A DNA stretch of 64,000 nucleotides from assembly GCF_009914755.1 (NCBI RefSeq), contig NC_060930.1, one strand, 5' to 3'. The notes beneath the pieces were generated by a model. That model ran no database searches and was not told the origin of the DNA. It was given only the letters and a program-made list of their open reading frames with translations. The translations under genes and the position numbers were made by a program. Below are positions 31,238 to 50,259 of this stretch, one piece after another; positions within the stretch are counted from its first letter, which is position 1; every line of letters starts with the position of its first letter. Source of the stretch: the human T2T-CHM13v2.0 reference genome, Homo sapiens.

Positions 31238-32024
31238 TGAGATGGAGCAGCAATCCCTCTTAGGGGCCTGCTAGGACCCCCAGCATGAAAATAAAGAAAA
31301 AACTTATGAGTCCCAAGGGAAATTGCAGGCACCTAAGCTAGCCCTACAACCAGCAATTAGGAAAGTGAGTGAATAACCTGCTAAACAAGAAAATAATAAC
31401 ATAAACAATTGCCCCAAGTAAGCCAGAGTCACAAGATGTTTGGTTCCCTACAGAAACTAAAGATAAAATTATAACATATATCTTTGAATTATTTTTCAGA
31501 AACCTGGACCCCCATTAGATAGAAAATGCCAACCACTGTCACGTAGACCTCAAGGAGGAATTGAGGACTGAACTCTAACCACCGTTCTTTGTTCTAAATT
31601 TCTTCCTGAGGGGCCTGGAGAGAGTTACACCCACAGGCCAAGCCTTAACATTCCTTTCTGCTAACCCCAGGTTTTTAGACAAAGCCTTGCTTTCTTAACC
31701 AATGCAAACCAAAGACTCTTTGAATCCACCTGTCACTTGTAAGCCCTCACTCACTTCAAGATATCCCCGCTTTCTGAGTCAACCCATGTATAACCCTTCA
31801 TGTACTGACTTACAATTTTACATGTAATTTTGCTTTCATGAAATTTACCCCAAGTCTAAAAACCCTTGCTTGTATGCCACTGGGGAATTCAGGTCGTAAG
31901 CATTAGCTGCCTGTTCTCCTTGTTAGCAATAAATGCCTCACGTTCCCTTGCTGAAAATCCCAGTGTCAGTGCTTGCTTTTTTTCTGCACACTGGGCAAGC
32001 AGACCCGAGTTCAGTTTGGCAACA
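31238..32024 (+). mobile_element. ERV1 solo LTR (MER39-like)
   Basis: TG...CA termini, 4-bp TSD GTAC at 31234-31237 and 32025-32028, AATAAA near the 3' end. Confidence 0.85.
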
Positions 32025-32307
32025 GTACTAAGAAGGTAAATCAAGGCTATCTGCATTTGTGGGTTTAAAGCGGGATTAGCAAAGAACATAGTTTTTATAA
32101 AAAACGCATTTTAAATTATTTGCCAAGCTTTTCTCCATTAGAATTTGGGGCATGGGTCTTTTAGAAATTTCTATCGTGAGCATAAAAGTCAGAAATCTCT
32201 GCACAGTATCTTAGCACAGTAAGCTGTGCTAAGTCCCAGCTCTGCTTCTTTATTGATAAGATTTTGAACAAATGAAACAATCCCTTTCAGCCTTAGAATC
32301 TGTATCA

Positions 32308-32643
<336 letters not shown>

Positions 32644-33029
32644 TCATAATGTAATATAGAAAAGTAATTACAATATTTGGTGTGATTAAGCATTCACACA
32701 TAATATATAAATTAAATCACCAGATTGGAATCTACTCAGCACCTGTCAGACATAAGGGATTTTTAAAATCCAAGGTGATAAGAAATTAAAGGAAGCAGGC
32801 AAAATATTTTAAAGTGGGGGAAAACACCTTAACGGGGAATATAAGCAAAACAGAGTGCTGGAATACAGAGCATGGATTAATCTCCACTGATCACCAGTAT
32901 ATTTAATGCCTAATCAGTTGGCAGTTTTCAGAACACAAAAGGAAAGGTCCACAAAATCCATGATAAAGAGATATCTTCAGGTTGAAAGTCTGGAGTAAGA
33001 TCCCACACAATCATTATCCAATTTAAGTT

Positions 33030-33142
33030 TATATATATATATATATGTAGCTATACATATGTATATAAATGTTGAATATACACATATATTCATATATTTC
33101 ATATACACACATGTGTATATATATACACACACATATATATAT
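33030..33142. repeat. (TA)n/(CA)n degenerate microsatellite
   Basis: Seen directly. Confidence 0.9.
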
Positions 33143-33624
33143 TCAACATTTCTAAGAGCCATGGAAGTACTTACATAGACAACTTCTATATAACGCCTAT
33201 TCTCAAGAAGATTAAGCAGAGAATGCCAAGACAGTAAAGACAACTATGGATGAAGAAATGAAACTTTACTTCCTGAATTATGCTCACATGTAGAGCCAAA
33301 GAACTTAGAAAACAAATTTATACATTAAATGAAAAATCAAAAATTTGAAAACTTTTTTTATAAGTCTAATTTACTATCATGATATTTAGAACACTGGGAT
33401 CTTGGGATAAAATAAGAGCCCTCCTAATTCTCTGAGCCTTTACTTCTATGGACTTCATTAATTATGATGATTACAATGTTATTAATGAATGCAATCTAGC
33501 ATTTTAGGGTGACTTTATAATTGAGGATGATTTTTTACATGAATAGTAGCAAATAAGCAACCCCTCTCACAAAAATTCAATGATAAATTTTAATCAAATT
33601 TGTTTATATATATATCATTCTCCT

Positions 33625-33905
33625 TTTTTCTTTCTTCTTTTTTTCAGACAGGGTCTTGCTCTGTTGCCCAGGCTGGAGTGTAATTGGGTGATCATAGCTC
33701 ACTGCAGTCTCAAACTCCTGGGCTCTAGAAATCCTCCTGCTTCAGCCTCCCAAGTAGCTAGGACTTACAGGCACATGCCACCACACTCGGCTAATTTTTT
33801 TATTTTTTTGTAGAGACAGGGTATCACTATGTTGCCCAGGCTTGTGTCAAACTCCTAGGCTCAAGTGATCCTCCAGCTTCAGCCTTCCGAAGTGCTGGGA
33901 TTACC
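33625..33905 (-). mobile_element. AluJ
   Basis: Alu similarity. Confidence 0.85.
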
Positions 33906-34077
33906 AATGTGATATATATACAACGTCACTCTCATAGAGACAAAGCAATTTGGGGATTTTACTAAACTCATCAATTCTACTAAAAGTTAAAAGATGATTC
34001 CATTTATTCATAGTCTGAGAGGCTTCTTGTCTTTGTCTTTAGAACAAAATTAAAACTGTATTAAAAATACTTCCCCC

Positions 34078-35010
<933 letters not shown>

Positions 35011-35088
35011 AAAGAAAAATACTTTTCCTATACGTTCTTCTGACAGTAAAGTAGCCTTTACAACACAACAATTAAGTTATGTGTACTT

Positions 35089-35581
<493 letters not shown>

Positions 35582-36782
35582 TGAAAGTAAAATTATTTTT
35601 ACTTGTTATAAGATGAACACAGAATAATTTTTAAATATATAATTTAAAATAATTCTCATATCTGAGGAACTATTCATATCAAAGGGCAAATAAACTAATA
35701 ATTTCATTTAACTTCAAATCTACCTATAGCATAATTTCCCAAAATGCTTTTTGATTAAAATAATTGATACTATGTGGGGGGAAAAAATGGTTCCATGCTC
35801 AAATGAATTTGGAACATGATAGGTTAAAGTTAAAGCTATTTCACTGCTGTAGGACTACCCAAAGCTTTTGGTGTACTCCTACCTATGGGAATTTCTACAA
35901 GGGGAATACAATAAACAAAAAATATGACCGTGAAACCTCTTCTGGTCATATGGTCATGTGTGTAGAGTGGTACTCTGCAGAACATACTTCAGAAACCACT
36001 GACAAAAAAGAATACCAAATGCGAATACAAGGAAAATCTCAGTTTCATGAACTAAGTACAGCGCATAGAAGTAGTTTTGTTAAAAAGAAACATTTTAGAG
36101 CTTGATCTTAGAGCATGAAAAGTCTCAAATGAGGATTCCACTCATTCACTCAGAAAAGATCCTGCAGGATATGGTAAGAAGGAAAGGAGGAAAGGAAAGA
36201 AGGGAAAACATTTAATGAACATATGCTATGTGCAAATCATGACAGGAAAAAGGACAGAACATACATGAGAAGCAGCAAGCAGGTCATCCTGGCCAAAGCA
36301 TAATATAGTGAAAGACAAGACTAGATCTAATATCTGACTAGATAGAAAAGGATTTAAATACACAGTTTAGATGCTATGACAGTCACTAAATTTGTTTTTT
36401 TTAGTAGAAAGACAACATGAGACTTGTCATATCATAAAAGCAACCTTGTAGCAATATAAAGGATGGGCTAGAATAGGTCAAAACCATTGAAACCATTAAG
36501 GAGAAAGGGTGAAGAGAAATGAAAGATACTTCAGAGAAATAGATTACCATTCAAAACTGATTAAGAGTGTCAGCAGTAAAGTTAACTTTTATTTTAATTT
36601 TTAAAGGCTCTCAAGTTTTCACACATTAACAAACTACTGAAAGACATTTCAGTTTAAGAGAATACTCTCGCATCAACTGTGAATATGTAAGTTAATTAAT
36701 CAGTACTCATATTTAGATATTTCGGGTGAAAATTGGTGTATAAAAACAAAATTACTCAAACTGTAGTAGAAAACTGTATTAC

Positions 36783-36867
36783 CTTTCTGTCTGGCTTTAA
36801 CTATCACTTCTATATGCTTCATTGCTGCTTTTAATAGTTTCTTGGTTATAATAGATGGAATATCCAC
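36783..36867 (-). CDS. SNX14: SNX14 exon 7 (85 nt) [28 protein letters not shown]
   Basis: ctag| acceptor, |GTAATA donor. Confidence 0.95.
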
Positions 36868-37261
36868 CTAGAAAAATTCAAGATTAAAACTTTTAAAATA
36901 ATTATCACTAAGTTACAATGGCAGGTACACTACAATTATGATATTGGAATATATCTTAAAAATTAGAAGTATTCAGAATCTTTCAAAAATAACACTTTAT
37001 ATTCCTGCATCATACTAACTGTAACATTAGATAATTTTTTTACCCACAGTACTGAAAATTAATCTTAATATGTATACCTTAAATACTAAATCTTTCCCAC
37101 AAAATAGTATCTTTACTCCTAGCTTCTTTACGTGTTCTTTGTATTAAATGCGTTCAAGGAAAACTCCAGTAACTTATTATCCCTTTGATGCTGTACATTT
37201 GTGATTAGTAAGAAATTAGTTGAAAATGAACTTCTTCATTCAGCTTATGAGATAAATCCTG

Positions 37262-37580
37262 GTTTGTTTTTTGGGTTTTTGTTGTTTTTTGAGACAGGGT
37301 CTCACAGCAGCTGCCCAGCCTGGAGAGCAGTGGCACCATCTCACTGCAGTCTCAGTCTCCCGGGCTCAGGTGATTCTCCCACCTCAGCCTCCTGGGTAGC
37401 TGGGAATACAGGCGCATGCCACCACGCCCAGCTAGTTTTTTGTAGTTTTTAGTAGAAACGGGGTTTCGCCATGTTGCCCAGGCTGGTCTCCAACACCTGG
37501 ACTCAAGTAATCCACCCACCTCAGCCTCCCAACAGCCTCCCAAAGTGCTGGGATTAAAGGCATTAGCCACCATGCCCAGC
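37262..37580 (-). mobile_element. AluJ
   Basis: TSD aatcctggttt. Confidence 0.87.
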
Positions 37581-37849
37581 ATGAATCCTGGTTTCAAGAT
37601 ATATGGAAACACCCTATTTTAGAATAAAATTAAGTTTCATCATTCCCCACCAAGATTTTTCAACCTAAAGGCTAGAAGCTGCAGTGATCATGGTAGGTTA
37701 GTGAGGGAGGGCTGAGGGCTTATATGCACATGCAGAAAACAGGAAAAAAAAAAAACTAAAAATAAATTATAAATAAATCAACAAAAAGCATATTTATTAG
37801 ACTTCAACAGGCCCGTCTTCCACCATAAAACTTAATATATTATATATTT

Positions 37850-38120
37850 CCTTTATCAAAGGCATGAGAAAATTCCATCACAACAGTGTTAATTTTTCAA
37901 TTCTTTTTAAATTCCATATTAAGGGAACAAAATCCCAGGGTGATAAATCTAGTAAGTATGATGGATCATAAACCCCCAAATTTTAATGATTTGCTGATAA
38001 AACCCAGATCAAACATGTTCAGTAAGAGGCGATATTTTTGCTAGTATTATACCTCATTGAAAATAACATCACTCTTCATTTGCCCTTGGCCACTTGGTAC
38101 TCGCTTATAAATTACTCTCA
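37850..38120 (-). mobile_element. Degenerate Tc1/mariner transposase C-terminal remnant
   Basis: 37929-37967 (minus) reads DPSYLLDLSPWDF, resembling HPPYSPDLSPxDF. Confidence 0.6.
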
Positions 38121-38524
38121 TATTTATCAAATAAACAAGATGTTATAGTTTTCAAACATTTTGTAAAATCTTGTTTTCTGAGAATACTCAGTAAGATTTT
38201 TATTTGTAAGTTCCACTTTAGGGAATTCAGGTCAGAATTAAAATGGTAAAATAATGGGTTTGTCACTAAACTTTGATTTTTAAAAAATTGTAGACCCTAA
38301 ATGATTCTTTGTTTTCATTATTCCCAAACTTCCAATTTACATTATGCAGGCAACAGAATCATGAACAGAACATTGTAGAAGGAATAAGATGACCAAGGCC
38401 TAATCTTTTGCCCATTAACATTTGCTAACACTTTGACAAAGTTAATACCTTTCTATAAAATGAATATAATAATGACCCATTTATCTTCCAGGATAGTGAC
38501 GCAGATAAGAGCCACAGTATAATT

Positions 38525-39470
38525 CAGAAAATTGAAGAAAATATTTTGCAAATCATTTATCTGATAAAGGACATGTATCCATATAAGTAACTTTTACAAC
38601 TCAGTAATAAAAAAATAACCCAGTTAAAATGCAGGTAAGGAATTTGAATGGACATTTCTTCAAAGAAGGCAGACAAATGGCAAATAAGCATAAAAGTTCT
38701 CAACATTATTGGCATCAGGGATATGCAATTCAAAGCCACCATGGAATATCATGTCACATATACTAGGATGGTTAGAATAAAAGAGTGAGATTATAAATAG
38801 TTCTGGCAAGGATGTGGAGAAATTGAGATCCTCATACACTGCTGATGGGAATGTAAATGGTGGAGCCACTTTGGAAAATAGTCTGGCAGTTACTCAAAGT
38901 GTTAGACATAGAGTTTTTGATCCAGCAATTGTACTCCTATGTATATACCCAAGATAAGTGAAAATATATATCCGACAAAAAAAAACTTGTATACAAATGC
39001 TAACAGGTACATAACAGACAAAAGGTAGAAACAATACAAATATCCATCAACTGATGAATGGATAAACAAAATGTAGTACATTCACACAATGGAATATTAG
39101 CCATAAAAAGAATGAAATATTGATACATGCTACAACATAATATGGATAAACCTTGAGAACATTATGCTGAGTAAAAGAAACCAGTCACAAAAGGCCACAT
39201 ATTGTATGATTCCATGTATATGAAATGTTCAGAATAGACATCCAAATCCATAGATATACAAAGTAGATTTGTGGTTGGCTATGGATGAAGGGATAGAAGA
39301 GGTGATGTTTATGGCTAGAGGGTACAAGGTCTCTTTCTGGGTGATGAAAATGTTCTAAAATTGACTATGGGGATGGTTGTACAACTGAATATGCTAAAAA
39401 CCATCAAATCATATACTTCAAATGGGTGAATTACATGGTATGTAAATTATATCTCAATAAAACTATTAAC
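38525..39470 (+). mobile_element. L1MB-type ORF2 end and 3'UTR
   Basis: Typical L1M text, ends tatctcaataaa. Confidence 0.82.
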
Positions 39471-39536
39471 AAACTACATACATATATATCTATAAACCAC
39501 TCCAAGTATGAGGTGCTATTAATTTAGAATCCACTA

Positions 39537-40207
<671 letters not shown>

Positions 40208-40624
40208 CTAACGTTTATTAGCTAACCGTAATATGGCAATCAAAATTAATTTTGATAAATCAATTTTTACTTATTCCAAAGTATAACTTAAATGGTTTGT
40301 CATCAACCAATTGATATTTCTTACTCTTTCATTCCACTTAAATATTATGAGTCAATTTCCCTAGACTGTCTGTTAAACAATGTGGTGACTGTTTATCAAC
40401 TATTTTCAAAAGTGACAAAAGCTACATGCAATAGAAAAAGACAAATATAAAGAAGTGCATGGGAAAAAAAATCAGCATCAGCCCACCACCACACTAAGAG
40501 TTAACAGTGATAAGGAGGTATATGTCCTTAATATATGTATTAGCAAGCTTTAATATATGAACTTTGTTTTCAAAGTAGAAAAATACCACACATATTAGTT
40601 TCCAGCCTGTTCATTTGCCTGTTT

Positions 40625-41190
40625 CTTTTTTGTTTTTTTTTTTTTCCTTTTTCTTTCCAACTTTTATGTTAGGTTCAGGAAGTACATGTGCAGGCTCATT
40701 ACATGAGTAAACTGCATGTCATGGGGGTTTGGTGTACAAATTATTTCGTCACCCAAGTAATGAGCACAGTACCCATAAGCAGTTTTTTTATCCTAATCCT
40801 CCTCCCACTCTCCACCCTCAAGTAGGTCACCATGTCTATTGCTTCCTTCTTTATGTCCACGTGTACCCAATGTTTAGCTCCTACTTATAAATGAGAACAT
40901 GCAATATTTGATTTTATGTTCCTGTGTTAATTCACTTAGGACCAGCTACATCCATGTTGCTGCAAAGAACATGATTTCATTCTTTTTTATGGCTGCGTGG
41001 TATTCCATGGAGTATATGTACCACATTTTCTTTATCCAGTCCACTACTGCTGGGTATCTAGGTTGATTCCATGTCTACAATTTATATTCCTTTGAATTCT
41101 GTTCTAAGTTCTTTCAGAAATCTCCAAACTGCTTTCCACAGTGGCTCAACTCATTTGCATTCCCACCAGCAGCATATGAGCATCCCCTTT
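40625..41190 (-). mobile_element. L1PA/PB 3' fragment
   Basis: T-rich tail plus antisense L1 3'UTR. Confidence 0.8.
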
Positions 41191-41316
41191 ACTTGACTAT
41201 TTAAGATAAATATTTTCCCTTGAAAATAAGTATTATTCTACAAAATGATTGTTCATGGCCGTGTAGAATTCTGTAATTAGGATGTATTATATTTACTCAA
41301 TTAACAATCTTAGTAG

Positions 41317-41691
<375 letters not shown>

Positions 41692-42199
41692 GGAGTATAG
41701 ATTTTTTTAAGTCTTAATAAAGATTACCAAACTGCCCTCAAATGTGAGAACTATACCAATTTGAATTTGAACTTGTTTTCCATACATCACCATTACTAGA
41801 TATTAACACTCTTTTTTACCTTTCCCAGTCTGATAAGTAAAAGAATAATATCTCATTAAAAACATATTTATTTGCTGTGAGACAACATACTTTCAAGTGT
41901 TCATTGGCCATTTTGTATCTTTTTTTTGTGAACTACTGTACGTTTTTTGCATATCTTTTCTCTAGCAGTTGACTATATTGTTCACTTCTCAGATAGGTAT
42001 AGAGTAATTTAACAAGATTAATCTTTATTTTATTACTAGTGGCAGAGATATTATATATTAATAAATTCTCAATACGTTCAATATGTCAATACTGAACTGA
42101 CAAAGCAGTAGAAAAGTGTGTGTGTCTACAGACAATATACTACAAATATATATAGGCAATGATACAAATATGCACAAAATACAGCTCGAGAAAAATATT

Positions 42200-42539
<340 letters not shown>

Positions 42540-42580
42540 TTACTCAATAAATCCATCTAACTGGAACATGACTTTTTTCT

Positions 42581-43328
42581 TTTTTATTATTATTATACTT
42601 AAAGTTCTAGGGTACATGTGCACAATGTGCAGGTTTGTTACATATGTATACATGTGCCATGTTGGTGTGCTGCACCCGTTAACTAGTCATTTACATTAGG
42701 TATATCTCCTAATACTATCCCTCCCCCCTTCCCCCACCCCATGACAGGTCCTGGTGTGTGATGTTCCCCACCCTGTGTCCAAATGTTCTCATTCTTCAAT
42801 TCCCACCTATGAGTAAGAACATGCGGTGTTTGGTTATCTGTCCTCATGATAGTTTGCTGAGAATGATGGTTTCCAGCTTCATCCATGTCCCTACAAAGGA
42901 CATGAACTCATCCTTTTTTATGGCTGCATAGTATTCCATGGTGTATTTGTGCCACATTTTCTTAATCCAGTCTATCACTGATGGACATTTGGGTTGGTTC
43001 CAAGTCTTTGCTATTGTGAATAGTGCCGCAATAAACATATGTGTGCATGTGTCTTTAGAGCAGCATGATTTATAATCCTTTGGGTATATACCCAGTAATG
43101 GGATGGCTGGGTCAAATGGTATTTCTAGTTCTAGATCCTTGAGGAATCGCCACACTGTCTTCCACAATGGTTGAACTAGTTTACAGTCCCACCAGCAGTG
43201 TAAAAGTGTTTCTATTTCTCCACATCCTCTCCAGCACCTGTTGTTGCCTGACTTTTTAATAATTGCCATTCTAACTGGTGTGAGATGGTACCTCATTGTT
43301 GTTTTGATTTGCATTTCTCTGATGGCCA
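42581..43328 (-). mobile_element. 5'-truncated L1PA (PA4-6-like), sense to SNX14
   Basis: ORF 42844..43314 is the ORF2 C-terminus; TSD gaacatgactttttt. Confidence 0.92.
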
Positions 43329-43514
43329 GAACATGACTTTTTTCTATAGCTGTCTTTTCATTTCTAATTTCTACAAACCAAGATAACTAAGCATTAAAAT
43401 GAAAGAAAGCAAAACTGATCGATGGATCAAAAATTATTCACTAATTTTTTAACCTAAAAAAATGAAGACAAAGCAAATACACATGGTATAGGATAAAGTA
43501 AAAATAAGGTTTAA

Positions 43515-43815
<301 letters not shown>

Positions 43816-44138
43816 TCAAATAATCTTCTAAAAGATACACTTAGAAAGAGTAAGACCTAATATTTGATAGAGCAGGGTGAGTATAGTCAAAAATTTAATT
43901 GTACATTTAAAAGTAACTGAGTATATTTGGATTGTTTGTAACACAAATGATAAATGCTTGAGGGATAGATACCCCATTTTCCATGATGTGATTATTACTT
44001 ACTACATGCCTGTATCAAAGTATCTCATGTACCCCACAAATATGTACATTTGCCATGTACTCACAAAAAATTGTTTTAAATCTCTTTCATTAAATGATAA
44101 AGCCCCAAATTCCCAAATTTCTCATTAAAAATATATAC

Positions 44139-44226
44139 CTTGTGAATCCTTCTTATTAAGACAGATGCAAAAAAACGTAATGTTATTCTCAGTTCATCAA
44201 CAAAGGATTCATCATCTGTCACATCC
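44139..44226 (-). CDS. SNX14: SNX14 exon 6 (88 nt) [29 protein letters not shown]
   Basis: gaag| acceptor, |GTATAT donor, frame continuous. Confidence 0.95.
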
Positions 44227-45215
44227 CTTCAATAAGGAGAAAAACAAATATTCAGAAGTTCAGAGAAATACAGTTTCACCTTCTACAATCCAAGGGAAAA
44301 TTTTCCTTTTTTCTGTTTACTTAAGCTACTTTCTTTTTTCATTTACAAATAATACATTTCATTGCAGAAAAAAAGACATGTACAAAAAATAAAACAAACA
44401 TCTACCATAATTCTAGCATCAAGACATAATCACTATTAACTAAATTGTAACATATATTTCCTTGCAGACATACACGACTACAGTCTTATTTTTACAATAC
44501 TGAGATTATGTTCTAAGCAACACCAAAGAAAGTTCAAAGAAATAAAACAATGAATAATTTTGGAGAAGCAATAGAATTAATACAAAATTTTTAAATAGTT
44601 TAAAATACTTATAAAATAAATTCTAAAAGTTAAAACAAAAAAATGTGTGCTCTATTTGAAAAAGAAATTAAATGAACTGAAACTCAGACATTTTGTAAAA
44701 CAGAAATTCTGACAACCTTCAACTGAGGAGTTACTTTCATTTTCCTGATGTTTGGAGGGCCCTAGAATTAGAACACTTCCCTAATCAAAGGCAAGAAAAG
44801 AAAGAATGATGATATCTTGAACTCAAAGACGGTGTTGTTAACTTTCTTGGCAGAATAGGAAAGATAATTGTATCAACCATGCTTCCCACTGTTAACCCTA
44901 CAGAAGGGGATATTACAGCATCAATAGCTACAACTGAGAAGAAAGTATACTTTCACACTTAGAAATACAACTAGATTTTATGTCGAAAGTGTCGTAATGA
45001 GAGATGGGAGAAGGTAAGGGAGTCTTCACAAAAGGATTCATTTTACAAAAGGCCTCACCATCAGCTTTAGTTAAATGGCAAATGCCAGATATTTAACACA
45101 GAACCAAATGTAAATTTACATAGCTCTCCAGGAAAATATGGCATAGAAACGATATTAAATTTGTCTTAAACACTCTGGGTGAATTCAACTAGTAGCATTT
45201 TTTTTTTTTTAATTA

Positions 45216-45533
<318 letters not shown>

Positions 45534-46035
45534 TCAAAATATACTGAATCAATATAAAATCAGGGTAGATGTCATTAAACATCATATGTATAAGCCATGG
45601 AGGTATAAGTGTTCAAATATATATTAAACACATGATGCTTATTTAAGAAAATATGTATTTATTAAATGATATAAGTTGGATCTCTCTAATTTCAAAATAG
45701 ATTTCTGTCAAATCTAAAGTATTTTCTGTATCTTCAAAAGCACAAGGCCCTTGCACGTACATGGCATACACCAAAAACAAAGGTACTTGGGGAAAAAAAA
45801 ACCATTAATTCTCCAGGAAAAGTACTGAAGCTATCTTTCAATTTAATGAAATATGTGAATACAGATTCCCCTCCAAAAGGTACAATTATTTCAAATGTGA
45901 AAACTGTATACAAAATTATTAAATCACTACATTTAGGAGTGATAAGGAATTCTACAAGTTACTTTTCTTTCAAAACACAGCCTAAGTTTTCTTCCTCTTT
46001 ACTATCACCAAATTATTAATTGACTGATGCCTACA

Positions 46036-46257
46036 TCAGTGGTTCTTAACTAGGGCCAATTATGCCTTCCAGGTCATATCTGGCAACCTCTGAAGACATT
46101 TTTATTGGTCACAACTGGTGGCAGAGATGTCTGTTACTAGTATCTAATGGGAGAGGTCAGGGGTGCTAATTATCATGTAATGCACAGTACTGCCCCCAAA
46201 ACAAATAATTATTTTGGCTAAAAGGTCAACAATGACAAAGTTGAGAAATCCTGGTCT
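46036..46257. mobile_element. MER20 (hAT)
   Basis: cagtggttcttaac...gttgagaaatcctg termini. Confidence 0.75.
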
Positions 46258-46340
46258 ACATGAAAAACATGTCATTAGCATGCTTAACTTAATAGTATTC
46301 ACTGTATCACAGAAAAAAAGATCTTATAGAAAGAACATAC

Positions 46341-46384
46341 CTGTACCACGGATAAACAAAGTTTTCCAACACTAATTCAAGAAC
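46341..46384 (-). CDS. SNX14: SNX14 exon 5 (44 nt) VLELVLENFVYPWY
   Basis: gcag| acceptor, |GTATGT donor; PXA FVxxWY motif. Confidence 0.95.
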
Positions 46385-46507
46385 CTGCATAAACAATTAT
46401 TTTTTAAAGAAAAATAAAATTAATTAGTTTTTGGAAAATAAATGGTACCATTTGGGAATATGTAACATTACCAAGAAACAATTTTATTATCACAAATAGT
46501 GACAGTA

Positions 46508-46808
46508 GGCGGTGAGCAGTGGCTCACACCTGTAATCCCAGCACTTTGGGAGGTCAAGGCAGGTGGATGGCTTTAGCTCACGAGTTTGAGACCAGCCTGG
46601 GTAACATGATGAAACCCTGTATCTACAAAAAACAGAACAATAAGCTGGGTGTAGTGACGTGTACCTGTATTCCCAGCTATTTGGGGGGCTGAGGCAGGAG
46701 TATCGCTTGAGCCTGAGAGGCAGAGGTTACAGTGAGCCAAGATGTTGCCACTGTACACCAGCCTGGGCGACAGAGTGAGACTCTGTCTCAAAAAAACAAA
46801 AAACAAAT
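46508..46808 (+). mobile_element. AluJ/S
   Basis: TSD caaata(gt/ac)gacagta. Confidence 0.87.
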
Positions 46809-47764
46809 AACGACAGTAATATAATACTTTCACATGACAAAATGTATATTTCATCCTTATGTGAATGAGGATCAAAGAAAACATATGAGAAAACACTTGG
46901 AAAATCATAAAAATTCCACAAATAGAAAAACTTATTATTAGAATGACATGCACATATTTCTAAATATTCCCATAATCAAACAAAAAGTTAAATAAATTGT
47001 TCCTGACTCTGAAGCTTAACTGAACCAAAAACGTGCTATGGAAAGAAGAAACAGAGCAAGTTAGTCCTTTCCATTCCTAACTTTATAAGTCAGTATTTTC
47101 AGAATACAGTGAAGAAACAAGCAGCTAAGATTTATGTAAGGGGTCAAAATTAGGTGTTAGTGGTTACCTCTGAAGGGAGTATAGTGGCTAGAGAGGAACA
47201 TAAAGGGGAGTTCTGGGATGCCGGTAACGTTTTGTTTCCTGATCTGAATGCTGGTTACACACATATGTTCGCTTTGCGAAAATTTTACCTGTACACTCAA
47301 ATCAGTACATAAGTTATATAAGTGAAAAAGTAACAAAACAAAATAAAACAAACCCTGGGTGTTAAATCTTCCATTTCTTGGATTTGGGTGTCGCAGTATG
47401 TCATAATTTTTACAAGGAGTTGCAACATTGGGCAGTAACTTACAAATGCAGTAGGGAGGGAACAAAACGACATATCTAATCTAATGCTTCCAAAATCAGA
47501 TCATATATTTTCTCTGGCAGCAATAATAAAGTTTGTGAATTCTCTAGTTTAAATATTAAGTGAACAATAATTTAGACATTTTAGTACAAAAACTAAGCAT
47601 TGTTTATATGTGTTGGGAAATGAAAATACATATAAACAGGGATAACAATGAATAGGATAGAGAGAACAGACTAGAACGAGTTATCATTAAACATTTCTTC
47701 TTCCTTTATTTCCCACATCCAGCCAATCACCAAGTCCTACTGATTTTATATCCTAAGTAGTGCT

Positions 47765-48067
<303 letters not shown>

Positions 48068-49204
48068 GGGTACTCATTTTCTTACCCCTTATACTGCAGC
48101 AATGGCCTCTCAACTCCCTGCTTCCAAGCTCACTCCCTTCCATCCTAAATAGAGTTGCCAAAGTAACCTAAAACATACATTTGACCACATCATCCTCTTG
48201 CATGAAATCCTCAACATATCAAACCTGAATATATGAAAATAAGAAAGGTATAAATTGCACTGATTTTGAAGGGGACCTGCTGGCATGCAGCAGCTGCATC
48301 ACTTCCTTTTCACTCCCAGTGTACCCTATGAGTCACATGTGAAAATTCAAGAAAATCACTGACTTCCAGAATCAATTAATCTAAGCTCCATCAGCATAGC
48401 CCTTAAAGTCATTTGATAGTCTCATTTCTAAAGGGCCACATAAAATCCTGATTAAGAACTTAACCAGACCTGAGTTTTTTATTGAGTTCTGTAATCAACC
48501 AAATATGAAACTTGAGAAAATTATTAAAATTCTAAATTTCATTTACCTTTGGTAAAATTATCAATAATAGTACCCACTTCATAGGTTATACATAGATTAC
48601 ATGAAATAAAGAATGAGCTTAGCACAATGCCTAATATACAGTAAGTAAATCATTAAATATTAGCTACTAGAATATTGTTTCCTCATTGCCCACATCCTCC
48701 CTCACATTTTACTCTCCAGTTTGCTGAACATCCCACCTTGTTTCAAGCCTCTCTTTCCTTTTGAAAGCTCTACTCAAATCCTGAAATACCCTTTCCCACA
48801 CTATTAGTCTGGCAAACCTCTAGTTCTCCGATCTGATTTCCCTCTCAATAGTTATGAACTTCTCCTCTATACTAATTCTATATACCTTAATTTTTTTCCA
48901 TTATTGCCTGCATTAAATTATATTGTGATTACCTGTTTATATGCCTGCCTCTACTTCTAGACTAAAGTTCCTGGTAGAAAGGGACCATATCTTCACTTTT
49001 AATCACTAGGGCCTAGCCCAGTTCCTACCTATAAGATATCAAAATATGTTTTTAAATGTGAGAGCTAATATTTACTGAGCACCAGTATGTGCCAGGTACT
49101 GGACCAAGGGTTTTATACAAGTCCTTTCATTTTTATGAATGAATGACATGTCAAAGACACAAATAATACTCTTGTTAGAAGTTTTCTTCAACAGACCTCA
49201 ACTT

Positions 49205-50259
<1,055 letters not shown>

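Noticed and set aside
32210-32233. 10-bp hairpin CTTAGCACAG-taag-CTGTGCTAAG
   Set aside because: Short and isolated; could arise by chance or one small template switch, with nothing else supporting function.
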